DNA of 64,000 bases, taken from positions 2,837,319 through 2,901,318 of the forward strand of contig CM082594.2 of the NCBI GenBank assembly GCA_040954595.2, in the 5' to 3' direction. The position numbers and the translations under genes were made by a program. The stretch is from Balanoglossus misakiensis (Eukaryota > Animalia > Hemichordata). Shown here one piece after another: positions 50,001-62,161 of the stretch (its first letter is position 1; each line of letters opens with the position of its first letter). The notes beneath the pieces are model-generated. The model was not told the DNA's origin. It searched no databases and saw only the letters and a list, made by a program, of their open reading frames with translations.

Positions 50001-53000
50001 ATGCTACCACTTAATTAACAAAACACAAGGGAAGATGATAATAAAAACAATAATATCATTTGATTAATCATTATTATATAGTTATGATCCCATTTGATAA
50101 TTTCACAGAAATAGGTATTCACCAGAATAAAAATCACATGTGACATTGGCAAGCAGATATGATCTAACCATATAACGAGGACTATGCCCGATAAACTGTC
50201 ATGTGTCATAGCAGTCTTACATGCGGTGCTAGATTTTTTTTGACCTAAAATTGACTGTACAAACACAAATGACAAGCAACTTCTTACAGTCAGCCCTGAG
50301 GCAGACGGACAGACAGACAGATAGACATAGACGCTCAATGACGTGCCACTGCAATGGCTGGTGATCTGTGGAACAGCTGGCCTATTAAAATGTAGTGTAA
50401 ACAGTCTCAGTTGGGAGTACCAACTCCTTGTAAACAGTTATTTTCAAAGCAACCGGACAATTGGTTAAGGAGAAGATTTGCTAACCAAAAAACAAAGACA
50501 TTTAAAAAAATCTGGCTAAATATTGATATTTCTGATATCAGAATTTAATAAAAGTAGCACATATATGTATTATGAACCTGAATACTTAATTTCAAAGTAA
50601 TCGAACAAGCAGTTTCTCAAGCGAGGCAAAACTCAAATATGCAAATATCACCATATTGTACAATATCCATCACCGCAAGGAACATATGTACCTACCGAAG
50701 TTCAAAGCAATCTGACAGGCGGTCTCAGAGAAAATATTTTGATGAAAATTTGCAAAAATTTCCCCAATAACACAAATATGCATATATTTTATATATTACT
50801 TCTGTTACCCCTAGGAACCTTCCTATTAAATTTTAAGACAATCTGACACACCAAGCAGTTTTACAGAAAAGATTTTTGACCAAAAATGGCAAACTTTGCT
50901 CCAAAATTATAAATATGCAAATTTCCCAACAATTTGAACAAAACTATGGCAACTCAGATCACCTATAGGAAGCTTCAAATCGGCTGATTACTTTCAAAAA
51001 AGATTATTTACCAATAATGTGAAAAAGACAAAAACCTGCATAAACAATAGATTGGGATGCGTTTATCAATCTGAATCAATCTTGTCTTCCAATAGATACT
51101 CACATTAAGTGGACACAATCTTCATCACCCGAGTTATTTGGTTCATTGCTCAACCAGTTAAAATATGTCGCAGGAGAACCATCCGAATTTACAAAAACAT
51201 TTTCATTGTCAATATCGTTGATGTCTGTCCACACTAACTGATGTTCTGCACGAGAGACAATAATAAAATCGAGAAAGAATACGTCTTGGGTACAAGTACT
51301 AGTATATTCAGTTCATGATCCTGAAGTTTGATGATATTTGATGAGCGGAACCAATATAAGTATAACTTTGATATTGTGGTTGAACATATTCGTGAACTAA
51401 AGCTACCCTAAATGAGCCAACAAGCATGTTTGTGGTGTATCTACATGGTGACCTGTGGCATTGGGCAAGCGCAAAATCAACTGGTTAAAAACACTCACAA
51501 CTCTACTATAGTCGGTTTGCTAACAATTTATAAGGCATGTATTCGTACCGTCTAGTAGCATCCGTTGTCCGTAATAGAAATACTGGAACAGGCGTTCTTC
51601 GTCTTCGAAACGCGGAAGTGTTTTCCCGAGACTCTCGCAATATGCGCGGGCTTCGGGCCAGATCATCGAAGTTGGTACCAGCTGGTATTTGATAGTGTCT
51701 GAAAATACAAAGCAGTATCAGCTGGTTTCCTTTGTTTGCACATATTCATTGTTTACGATCAAGACTTCAATAAGTTCAAACAAACGCCAATGAGTACTGA
51801 GTCAAACAGGTCTTTTATAGAACGGATGTTTATGCCTTTACATTTGTCTTTAGCACAGCCAGGCTAAACACTCTGTTATTATCCAATATTCTTACTGTTA
51901 GGACCATCTACACACAACATTATGGTATGACAGAAATATATCAGGTCGTGGAACTCTTTCTCTACTTACCCCTGCAGGAATTAAACGGCACACAAACAGG
52001 GCCAACGTGGTCGTTTGGTCCGTACCAAAACCAGTTACTGTGTGCTGTCGGTGACACTTCGACGCAGATATGAGAGAAATTCTTGCACTTGCCTTGGGAC
52101 AGATCAAAACTGGGCGTGGCCGCCATGGCGATAAGCGCATTGGTTTGGAAGGTCATGTGATTCTCTGTTAAATTTGCTTCGACTCTGAATCCGTCACCGT
52201 TGTTCGAACCGGACAAAAACGCGTCAACTTTCAACAGATCAACCATTCGACCAGACAGCAGTCCTGTACTGTGAGTTGCTGCGGTGATTGTAACTGACAT
52301 ATTAAAATCATTGGGTACTCCCATAACAACGTCCACTGTCCCGTTAAGTTGCAATGGGGTCTGAGTTGCCGGGGCCACTTGGACTAAATGAAAGGAAAAG
52401 AGGGAAAGTATCAACATACCTCATCTTTGTTAATGTCAGGAAATCAATGCGATCATACCCTTCAATATTCCGAAATCAATGCACTAAATGCCATATTGAC
52501 ATTGAAAGAAAAACAAACACCAGTACACCACAGAAATGATATCCCAAAAGGCTCTCAGATCTTATTCAATATAGAAAGTAAAATCCTCGAAGTGGCAGCA
52601 ATTTTGGCTTTAAAACATACTAGTAACCTGTACCAACATTGCTATAACAAAAATTGTGAAAAAAATCCATGTAAATGTTGTTAACGCGTTATTGTCTCTT
52701 TACCGATACACGTCCCATTCACTGCCAAACAACCGGAAAGAACGTCGCCTCCAGACCATTTCCATGGAAACACGGAGTTACCACCAGGGAACACATCAAT
52801 GCAGATAAACTTGACGTCGTCACATCCGATATCAACCAAGTCTGTTTCCATGAAAGTCACGTTATGCATGGACATTGATATGTTCGATGAGATAGGCAAG
52901 GTACCGGAAGTGACCTTGATCGATGGAGAAGTCACAAGAGCTGGGTCTTCCTCGGTAGTTTTCAGGTTCAAATTCATACTGAATACATTATTAATTTCAT

Positions 53001-55174
53001 CTGAGAACTGTGCTGTGTCCGGTCCAATTGCAATGCTAACGTCGAGGGAAAAGATTTTCGATGAACCCATGACGAGGTCAACATTTCTATTGGTACTAAC
53101 ACTCACATCGAGAGACAGTCCGTGGATTTGATCTGAAGAGAATCGGGAAAAAAGAAGTATATGTCTGATGACCCAATAAACGAATATAATACGTTCTATG
53201 CACGATTGGATTATATGAGAATGTGCACAACTACTACAAGTGCACAGCAGAATGCTACATGAGAAACTTAGTTGAGAAAGTTAAATTTTAATGGAGACGC
53301 TATGTGCAAGGAAACAAACGGTTATGGAGTTACCCAGAAATGTCATGTCACAAGATAATTTTAATTCACACTCACGTGTACATGTTGTCAACTCAACACA
53401 GTTGCTGATGAACAAGTCTTCGTAAAGCCACAAAAGAGGGGCGTCCTTCTTGGGAGAAACGTCAGCGCACACATACGGGTACCTCGCACAGCCCGTATCA
53501 CGGAGGTCGTACGTTGATGTCAGATTTTTCATGTTCACGTTGGAATCTGGACGAATGTTGGCCACAGTTGGCGAGATATGATCAGCTGATACTTTCTTCG
53601 AGTGTGGCTGCCCTGTTGCTTCGGCGGAGAAGTAGAGGTGAACGTTGAATAAGTTATCCTCCATATTTGTGTAGTGTCCCGTACCTTGTCCAAGGTACAA
53701 GTCGACGCCGACGCATAACAACTGTGATGTTCCCATGGTAGCGTTTAAATCTGCAAACACTTGCATATCTATAGGTTCAATGGGGTCTGTGAAGAAAAGA
53801 TAAACATTTGTTCATGTAATACATGAACATGGAATTGCGCATTGAAAATTTCCAGGAAATGGGATATCCATGATTTTTAAGGCGGCACATTTTATGTCAT
53901 GGCTATTTACAATTTTCGACTAATAGCTTAAAATAGGGGTTACGCGTTTCTTAAGCTGTAAAATAAAGTCACACAAGTGATGATATGGTCCTAAAAGGCG
54001 ACAAATGAACATACGTGGTAACCATGAACCAATTAATCATCATCATTGAGATTTTATACTCACACAGACAAGCCACAATCTCAACACAGGCTGTTCTCTT
54101 CGCGTCATCTGTCCACTGCCAAACATCTGTGTCAACGGGATAAATCTCAACGCAAATGAAGTTGTAATGGTCGCACGGTACAGGATCGAAGTTGGCCTGA
54201 ACATCTACCAGCACAGCCATATGGTTAGAAAGTGTGACGTCATGTCCGGGTACAACAGCTGTTGTCCTGTGAGTGTTTGTTGCCCCCGCATCAGCTGGTG
54301 TTTCATCCACGCTGACGTCAGACACAGCCAGGAAAACGCTGAGTGAAAACAAATCCGATGCAGCGCCCTCTACTGTTTGGCTGGCGTCAACAATGGGCAG
54401 TTCAACGTTCAAATGGAAGTCATTCTGTCGACCTTGCACAACACCCGGGATATAATCAGGGTGGACGCGGAGGGTTGGAGTCGCACTGATCAATGCTTCA
54501 ACATAAATAGAAAGAGATTTTACCACACCATTTTGTGCCCGTGTCCATTTAAATTTACAGTTACAATATATCAGTATTTAAGGCCCTTCTCAGCAGTGGG
54601 TCAAATATTTTGTTTCCAATAAACAGCTACGTGCTAACACAAAGGATTTCTTATTTGCCTTCATTGTTCTGCCCTGGGATCGAGAAAACGGTCTTTAATA
54701 TATGTGATAGCTCGAATAATTGAAAATCCGCCAGAATTGTGTAAACCTTTGTATTGTTCAACTATAGTAACATTTAGATCACCGGTCCCCATGTCAATAC
54801 TTTGGGTTTGTTTAATTTGAAAAGGAAATTATGATATCAATTACCTGGACCCGATGGTTGTGTTGGTATGGGCGTTGTCTCAGTATTTCCTTTTCCACCG
54901 AAGCCGAACAAGTAACCTTAAAGAAGGAATCAACACAAAACAATTGCCACACTAGGTTTGTATATACGCGAATATTTTGAGTTTACGGATGAGAAGTTAA
55001 ATTTTAAATGTATAAGAGAATAACATAAGATAACGTCGGTTCGATCTAACCGTGATTGAGGTGCAAATAAAATTACATACCAACCGCAGCACCACCACCA
55101 GCGAATATCAGCCCCATGGTAAGTAAGAGTCCGATGATAACCTTCCGCCGCTTACGGCCCGATTTGACTTCTGT
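47063..55174 (-). CDS. Type II transmembrane mosaic protein: TM anchor, 4 unnamed ~140-aa modules, C-type lectin domain, 5 LDL-receptor class A repeats (>920 aa, start codon unresolved)
   Basis: Minus-strand exons: 55174-55081 ([25 protein letters not shown]), 54916-54845 (T/P linker), 54495-54064, 53786-53376, 53132-52704, 52383-51970 (modules), 51698-51549, 51245-51104, 50009-49942 (CTLD: [12 protein letters not shown]...[15 protein letters not shown]...MNDIPC...FSC), 49386-49282, 48849-48739, 48263-48147, 47870-47766, 47187-47063 (LDLa, e.g. [18 protein letters not shown]; TAG stop). All junctions are GT-AG and in frame. Confidence 0.85.
49452..49818. mobile_element. MITE with AATT flanks (possibly Sola-type), complete copy
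   Basis: Imperfect TIR AATTCTGGTTGCCTTAAATAGGTTTT / AAAACCTATTTAAGGAAGGGAGAATT; truncated copies at 1323-1662 (inverted) and 9644-9900. Confidence 0.75.
50290..51010. repeat. Degenerate HINE/Helentron-like repeat remnants in intron
   Basis: (GACA)n tract next to a T-flanked end on the minus strand, and recurring TTCAAAGCAA...GA...AGAAGATTT...ACCAAAAA motifs. Confidence 0.45.
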
Positions 55175-55807
55175 CTGTGAATCAAACCAAATACAGTTCT
55201 GTGCCTGCAAGTTGAAAGGGGCCCGGCCTTTTATGGGTGAACCAGGCAGCGCAGTCTACTAAAGTATATATACCTGTGGATGGTGGCGTTGTCATATTGT
55301 GCATAGAATGTGTCCCAATGCTTCCCACATGTGTCAGAGAATGTGCTTGCATGTATGGCCGTCCTATTTTGCACAAGATTATGGCTGTTTTTATAATTCA
55401 CTGCATCAGTTTCCCCCAGACCCAGGGCACTGCAGCTCTTTGCGACCAGCTGCATCGACACATCTGGTGTAAGGCTCTACGCCAGGCAACTATTTTGTTC
55501 TGTGTCTTTTTCTGTGGACGGGTGCCTTTCAGTCGGTGGCTGTGGGTATGGTTCTCATCCGACAGAGTTTATAGCGAGTCAAAATGAGAGTACAGTGTAA
55601 CTACTACAAAATTGTACAAAAATGAAAACAATATGGCTGCTACTTTGTATAACATTTTACATCACGGCAAACAACTTGTCGATATAAGTGTACCACATTC
55701 CGAGTTACTTTGATAGAACATTGGTTGGCAAGATCTCACTGTACAGAGGGAAGAAAACCCTATGTGTGTTTATAATCAGAACGTCACACATGTGCAGCAC
55801 AAATTAA

Positions 55808-56499
55808 GGCTGCATTCACAAACACCTCTGGAAGGGGGGGGGGAGAATTGAGGGGGGGGGGATTTGAAGAAATTGAGGGTATGTAAGGGGGGATTTGAAA
55901 TAATTTAGGGACTGAAAGGGGGGGACTTGAAAACTTTGACGACTAAATGTTTATTTTGAGTCCGCAAAAATGCAGTTTCGCGCCCTTTATTTTACAAATT
56001 TTTCTAATGTGGGAGGGGGACACCCCCCTCCCACACCCACCACCTCCATTCATCAACACCTTTCAATCATTGACTGGTTTATCTATAGTGTCCCAGGTCA
56101 GGGGACTTGCCCCCACCTCATGATAACTTTGAGCGGCGACGGTTAAATTTGTCCTCCCCAACATACCGGTAGTTGAGTTAATTTGCCTTTGCCGGGTTCC
56201 TTAAAATGCAGGTTTGAGCTCTTTATTTTACTAAATTTTCTTACGTGGGAGGGGGACACCCCCTCCCAAACCCACCCCCTCCAATTCTCGGTTTACAATG
56301 TCTCCCAACACAGAATACAAATGATGTGTTGTTCTCTGTGAAAGAAAATGGGGGGGGGGGGGGATTTCAAAATTTTGGCAGTTCGGAAGGGGGGATTTGA
56401 AAATATTTCGGGTTGTGTACGGGGGGCATGTGAAAATTAGCGGTAAAAAAATTGAATTCTCCCGCCCCCCCCCCTCCAGAGGTGTTTGTGAATGCAGCC
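55808..56499. mobile_element. Same Harbinger MITE family (692 bp, internal deletion)
   Basis: Same TIRs, TAA duplication (55805-55807, 56500-56502), colinear with 27343-28106. Confidence 0.92.
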
Positions 56500-56874
56500 T
56501 AAAACTTAAACATTCTGAAGTTTTGGAATGTACGATTTTAACCAGGTGTTGAGTACAGACGAGGAGCTGATTTACGAAAGTCTTGGGGAAGGGGGGGGGG
56601 GTCGTGTGACTTCTGAAGTTTTCAAATTAATCCTTACCAGAAGACAACATTATTTCTATTATTTAATGCTTGTACTTTGCAAGGATTTGTGTTTTTCTTG
56701 TGTAGATGTTTGTAAATACCGTGTTATTTGCCATGGTAACAGTTTATCATTGCCGTTGGTATTGTCTGTAGGCCATGATCATTACAGTTAATCTCGTGTG
56801 TATGTGCAAATGTACGATTGTTGACAAATATATTAGAAAAAGTATGACGTCAATACGGCATATAAGACATGAGG

Positions 56875-57320
56875 TACCCTGGTCACCATACCCAGTGTGT
56901 TTTATACTGTCAACTCTCTTCCATTTTTAAGATCTGCATATCAATAGAAATCAAAATGCGATGCCACAGCAACGAGGTCACCACATGTTTTGGACTCTGA
57001 CGTCGTTCAAGTCAATCACCCTACGCGACACACTACTGATTGGCCGGAACAATGGCCTGGGCGTTGCTAATAGTTGGATAATTATTAACATCAATTAGCA
57101 ACATCTGTTCCATGGTAACGGCCAATCAGTAGTGTGTGTTGCGTAAGGTGATTGACTTGAACGACAGCAGAGTCAAAACCATGTGGTAACCTCGTTGCCG
57201 TGACATTGCATTTTGAGTTCTTTTTACATGCAGATCTTAAAAATGGAAGATAGTTGACTGTGTGGCCAGACCCTTGTGTGTGAGTCTATCTAAAACACAC
57301 TGAGTATGGATACCAGGCTA
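56875..57320. mobile_element. Palindromic Academ(H)-like non-autonomous element
   Basis: TACCCTGG...CCAGGCTA ends, long imperfect palindrome, 9-bp flanking duplication GACATGAGG / GCCATGAGG. Confidence 0.75.
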
Positions 57321-57699
57321 GCCATGAGGTAACGAGAAAAATAACTATCGGATTTATCCCCTTAGATTTATGTTATTTCTACAAAATATTTGTTAAAACT
57401 TGAATTCGAGATCAAAATATTTGATTTTTAAGGGCCCGGGCGAACTCTCAATTGGTTATCTCAATTTTCGACTCATTACCACAGAGGAACACGTCATCTC
57501 ATTCTATTCTCTGTGCAGCTGAATTCTATCATCGCTATCGATGTCGACATCACACTATTCTCAACTGCAGTCATTTAACAATAATGAATATTAACAAATT
57601 GGTATAATGTGATGATAAATTATGCATCGTATTTCACTTCGCGACAACTTCAGTGTTGTCCTATCGTACGGTCAGATTCCTAGCAATAATTTTGGACAT

Positions 57700-58027
57700 T
57701 TAAGAGACAAAGTCTCTTTCTCACTGACCCTTTTCCACTAATTATCTTTGATACAAGACACCATTTATGTTTTTTTTACATGTGGATACATAGTGAATCA
57801 ACGTTCGACCACACACAATTTCCATCCAGTTTGTAGGATATGAGGGTAAAAATCTCACCAAAATGAATAAATGGTAAACACCGATTGTTCATGTTGGCGT
57901 TTTTTTCACTCTCGTGTCTACAAGTGGGATGGAAGTTGTGTGTGGTCGAATGTTTTTTCATGGTGTATTGTATCAAAGATAATTAATTGGAAAAGGGCAG
58001 CAAGAGAGAGAGACTTTGTCCGTTTAA
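57700..58027. mobile_element. Palindromic Kolobok-like MITE copy
   Basis: TTAAGAGACAAAGTCTCT...AGAGACTTTGTCCGTTTAA with shared arms. Confidence 0.8.
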
Positions 58028-58537
58028 GACATATTTGAAATGACTAATATGAGGACTATTTTGCTCCGATTAAATTTGTTGGATGTAACCTTTTAAATTC
58101 ATGCAGCAATTGTTTTGACTGGATGGTTACAATTCCTTCATTGATACTGCACATTTGGTTATTACCGGTAACATTTTCTTCAGCGTGAAGATAACCTGGT
58201 CGGTCGTCCTGAAGCCCATAACAGTTATATTACGTCGAATACTTTGATATTGAACATTCAGCCATGCAATTCATACACCTATTATCGGCCAGGTGGACTG
58301 TGACTACAAAGTTTGTGTATTTTAAGTCCATAATTGCACTTTTCACTTACCTCGGCCCGAATTGGTTCTACTTTAGTGTTTTGCATCTTCACTTTCACGG
58401 AGCTTCTCCGAATCGGGGTGACGCCGGCAAGACTCGCGCGCGAGCTCTACCGCTGGATCCGCAAATCGTGCGATTTTTATTGGCGAGCCCCCTGAACAAA
58501 TTTTGTAATCACAACTTGTTTGTGCGTGTAATCGCCC

Positions 58538-59247
58538 GGATAAGGCGGGATTTTCCCCATTGCCATTCGTTGAATTCAAATGAACAAGCGGTGATTTTTC
58601 TCCCGATCCTCAGGTAACACTTTCTTGCCATGGCATCGTTTTTCTTTCTTTTGCCGCCAAAACTATACTGACTATGCCACTATTTGGTGTTTTGTGTAGA
58701 TTGTGCCTGCAGCCTGAAATGCTGTGCTGTAAACTACATTTCACGTTATCCTAAGTACTTGCAAAACCGTCAACTTGGAATCTCACAAATCAATTCGAGA
58801 AGTAATACGACCTTGAGGTTAGAATTATTTTTCTTTACTGAAAAACAAGCATTTGGTGGTTGAAAAATGACCATGTACATTGCATCTCAATAACCTAGGA
58901 TAAGGCAAGATTTTCCCCATTGCCATTCGTTGATTTCAAATGAACACGTAGTGATTTTTCTCCCGATCCTCAGGTAACACTTTCTTGCCATGGCATCGTT
59001 TTTCTTTCTTTTGCCGCCAAAACAATACTGACTATGCCACTATTTGGTGTTTTGTGTAGATTGTGCCTGTAGCCTGAAATGCTTTTCTGTAAACTACATT
59101 TCACATTATCCTAAGTACTTGCGAAACCGTCAACTTGGAATCTCACAAATCAATTCGAGAAGTAATACGACCTTGAGGTTAGAATTATTTCTCTTTATTG
59201 AAAAAACAAGCATTTGGTGGTTGAAAAATGACCATGTACAGTGCATC
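58538..59247. repeat. Direct tandem duplication, 360-bp period, 2 copies
   Basis: 58538-58887 repeats at 58898-59247 with scattered substitutions. Confidence 0.92.
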
Positions 59248-60449
59248 TAAAAACACAAAATCTCTAGTATAAGATGCATTTTTAACAGTCACCAGAATTC
59301 TTCTAAATCCTGGAAGATCATGTTTAATTCTCACGCAGCTATATATACTTGAGTTTGTATAGCATATTCTCATAATATTCTCATATTTTGAGGATTATAG
59401 TGAAGCAGGAATGGACAAGATACAACAGAACAGTTGGTTAATATATTAACAGAATGTATACATATGCATGAATGAAAGTTAAGTGTGATCACACCCTGGT
59501 TCACATCAAAAATCGAGACCCCATTGCAGACACGATCTCTAATCATGCCATACCAGGGAATCTTTTAACTTAAAGAAAAAAGTATGCCCTCACAGGTTGC
59601 TATTCAATAATTTTATACCACCCTAAGAGCAGGAAAAATAACTTTGGGCAACAAACACGAAGCCAAGCAGTTTAGAATTGTATACAATGTACATTTGGTC
59701 AAGTAAATCTATTTTAAATGGAAACGATGGAACACTATACAATACTTCAAAAAGAATATAGCCTATTGAATCGTGTTTCAATTGAGACTACCAACGTGTA
59801 TTGAGTAGAAAGTCTTATAATACATGTACATTTAGTTTTTCCTAAAGTAATTGAATAGTATTACTTTAATCTCCCCAGACAAAAGAGAAATGGAGGTCTA
59901 CCGTTTCATTCTTTTTCGCTTTGACCTTAGGTTATAGCAAACCATGAAAGAGGGTTCGCTTTTGTGGTTCCATGTGGATTAAAAGAACGCCGAGGGTGTT
60001 GCTCCCTTCAGTAACCTCCAATTGTCCTTCATCAGCAACCAACACTATCTTAAAATTGGCAATTATAATCGTTAATACACTTGCTGATACACTACATTAA
60101 TCTGTCTTAAATGTTTACTGGAAAAATATAGCCTGTCCGTAAGCAAAACATAAAATAGGCCACATTAAACCCTGCTAAGTTTACGCTGTTTTCATTATCT
60201 GATTTTCATACTTATAGAGTGGTCCATTTAAATTACCTAGCTGATGGGTTAACACAAACATATTATCCACCTCTGATTGTGGTTGTACATAGAAATATGA
60301 AAACATGAAAGAAAAAAAGGTGTCTCACCTAGGCCTGTTTATTCAACCACCGATGTCAAGAGTATATAACTATTCGCATATATGTGCATATTGGAATGTC
60401 CGCAATTGCAAAATACGTTTTCTACTAATTTAGTACAAGGAGAAGTAAT

Positions 60450-61092
60450 TGTAACGGCCTTGTTGATCCATTGAATTTGTATACATGTATATCTGTATGT
60501 ATGTTATACCTGTATCTTATAGTAATTAGTTATTCAATTATTCATATGACGTAATAGTACTTACCTTCAATTGGTTGATCTTAATTATATGCAAACCACC
60601 TGGAAGTTTCATTTGACCAATGAACACAAGCTAATCTGGCACTATGATGTAATTGCTGATATAAAAGGACATGGTGCATAAAATTGGTCAGTTCACCTCT
60701 GTAGCCAGACCGGCCACACACGTTGGAACTGACATGTATTTGTTCCATTTCAGGTTAGTTTCCTTGTACCTTACCTGTTGCTTGAAGCTTTGTATTTTGG
60801 TGCATTCTACCGACTCATTTCAGCACAAGTAATTGGTGTCTTTAACTTGCGTCAATTTTCCAATTGTATGTCTATATTTTTCACTTGCATGAATTTTGGT
60901 GTATTCTGTTGGAAATGGAACTCCCATACATGTGTGTAATTTAGCAGTTCACCTCTGTAGCCAGACCGGCCACACACGTTGGAACTGACATGTATTTGTT
61001 CCATTTCAGTTATTAAATGTAAGGCCTATGTCTTTGTTACCCGTAACCTGTTTGGTGTGAATATGTTGGAATGAACGGCGACAACCGTGACA
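60450..61092 (+). repeat. 5' LTR of second Gypsy element (643 bp)
   Basis: TG...CA termini with 8-bp imperfect inverted repeat, TATAAAA at ~60660, ATTAAA at ~61012, followed by PBS. The partner LTR is outside the window, so the left boundary is inferred. Confidence 0.8.
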
Positions 61093-61094
61093 AA

Positions 61095-61113
61095 TGGCGT
61101 AGTCGGCAGGATT
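61095..61113 (+). promoter_or_regulatory. Primer-binding site, tRNA-Ser
   Basis: TGGCGTAGTCGGCAGGATT is the reverse complement of the conserved tRNA-Ser 3' end (...AATCCTGCCGACTACGCCA). Confidence 0.88.
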
Positions 61114-62161
61114 TGGCAATTCCTACGCAAGTTCTTTTTTCGGGACGGAGAGGATGATACTGACAAGTGCCATGTTTTAACTGGTCAGAAGTGTCTGGAC
61201 AACGGACAACGCCCAACCAGGTGTGTCTTTCGCTGAGCTGGACGTCCTTGGGGAGCCACCCGGACTGCAGACAGACGGGAGCCAGGTCCAAGCGTCAACG
61301 GCGAGGAAAATTCTCTGCAGAGTGCCAAGTGGTGAAGTCGCTGAACTGTTACCGGCCGGAACTGTTTAGTGTGAAGTGTTCATCGCGGTATACAAGGTAT
61401 TGTGTGTCCAGAACTTGACAGTGTTATTCCGTGCGAACTATAGACAGTGCGCATAAATTCCGTCCGTGGCGCATAGTTTCCATCTGTGATAACTTCGGAC
61501 TTGAACTTGTGGACTGGGTATTTTATTGCCAACGAACTTTCTGGTTATTCGCCGTAGAACCTGGTGTAACGTAATGTTTGTAAATTTTTCTTAGAAATTT
61601 CAATATTGTCTATATAATGCAATGTGGTCAAAGTAGTTTTGACTTTGATTTAATTGTTGAAGTGGGCTCCATGTGGATATAAACCCCTGTTTTGTTGCTG
61701 CTTTAACGGAAAAAAAAAAAAATATTTTCTTTCAACAGTACATTTTGGTTAAGTGCTGAAGTATAAATTTTCTTTGTAAATTTCAGTTCATTATTTTCCA
61801 AACGACGTGAAAAAAAAAATTGTCAGCGCTTGTTGAAAAAAAAAATATTAAGTTATAAGTTAAATATTGTATATTGACTTGAGTTAGTTTATTATTGTAT
61901 TAGTTATTTAGTTGTTTCATTATTATTGAGACTGTCCATGAATGGTCGTATTCATCCAAATCATACATTAGTCTCTATAGAACCTTTGGCAGTGTCTGTA
62001 AGCTATTCTATGCTTATTTCATTCCCTGTTAACGTATGTGCTATGCCAGTAGATACTGATATTATTGTTAAGATTTTCCAGTGAAATAGCTTGCATTGCA
62101 TCGTATTTAACGACACGTCAGAGTCCTCCCAAATTGCCTCTCATTTTATGGAAGAAAAAAA

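Noticed and set aside
55180-55590. Start exon of the type II receptor
   Set aside because: Several ATGs and a donor at ~55273 exist, but joining needs an alternative acceptor; could not be fixed confidently.
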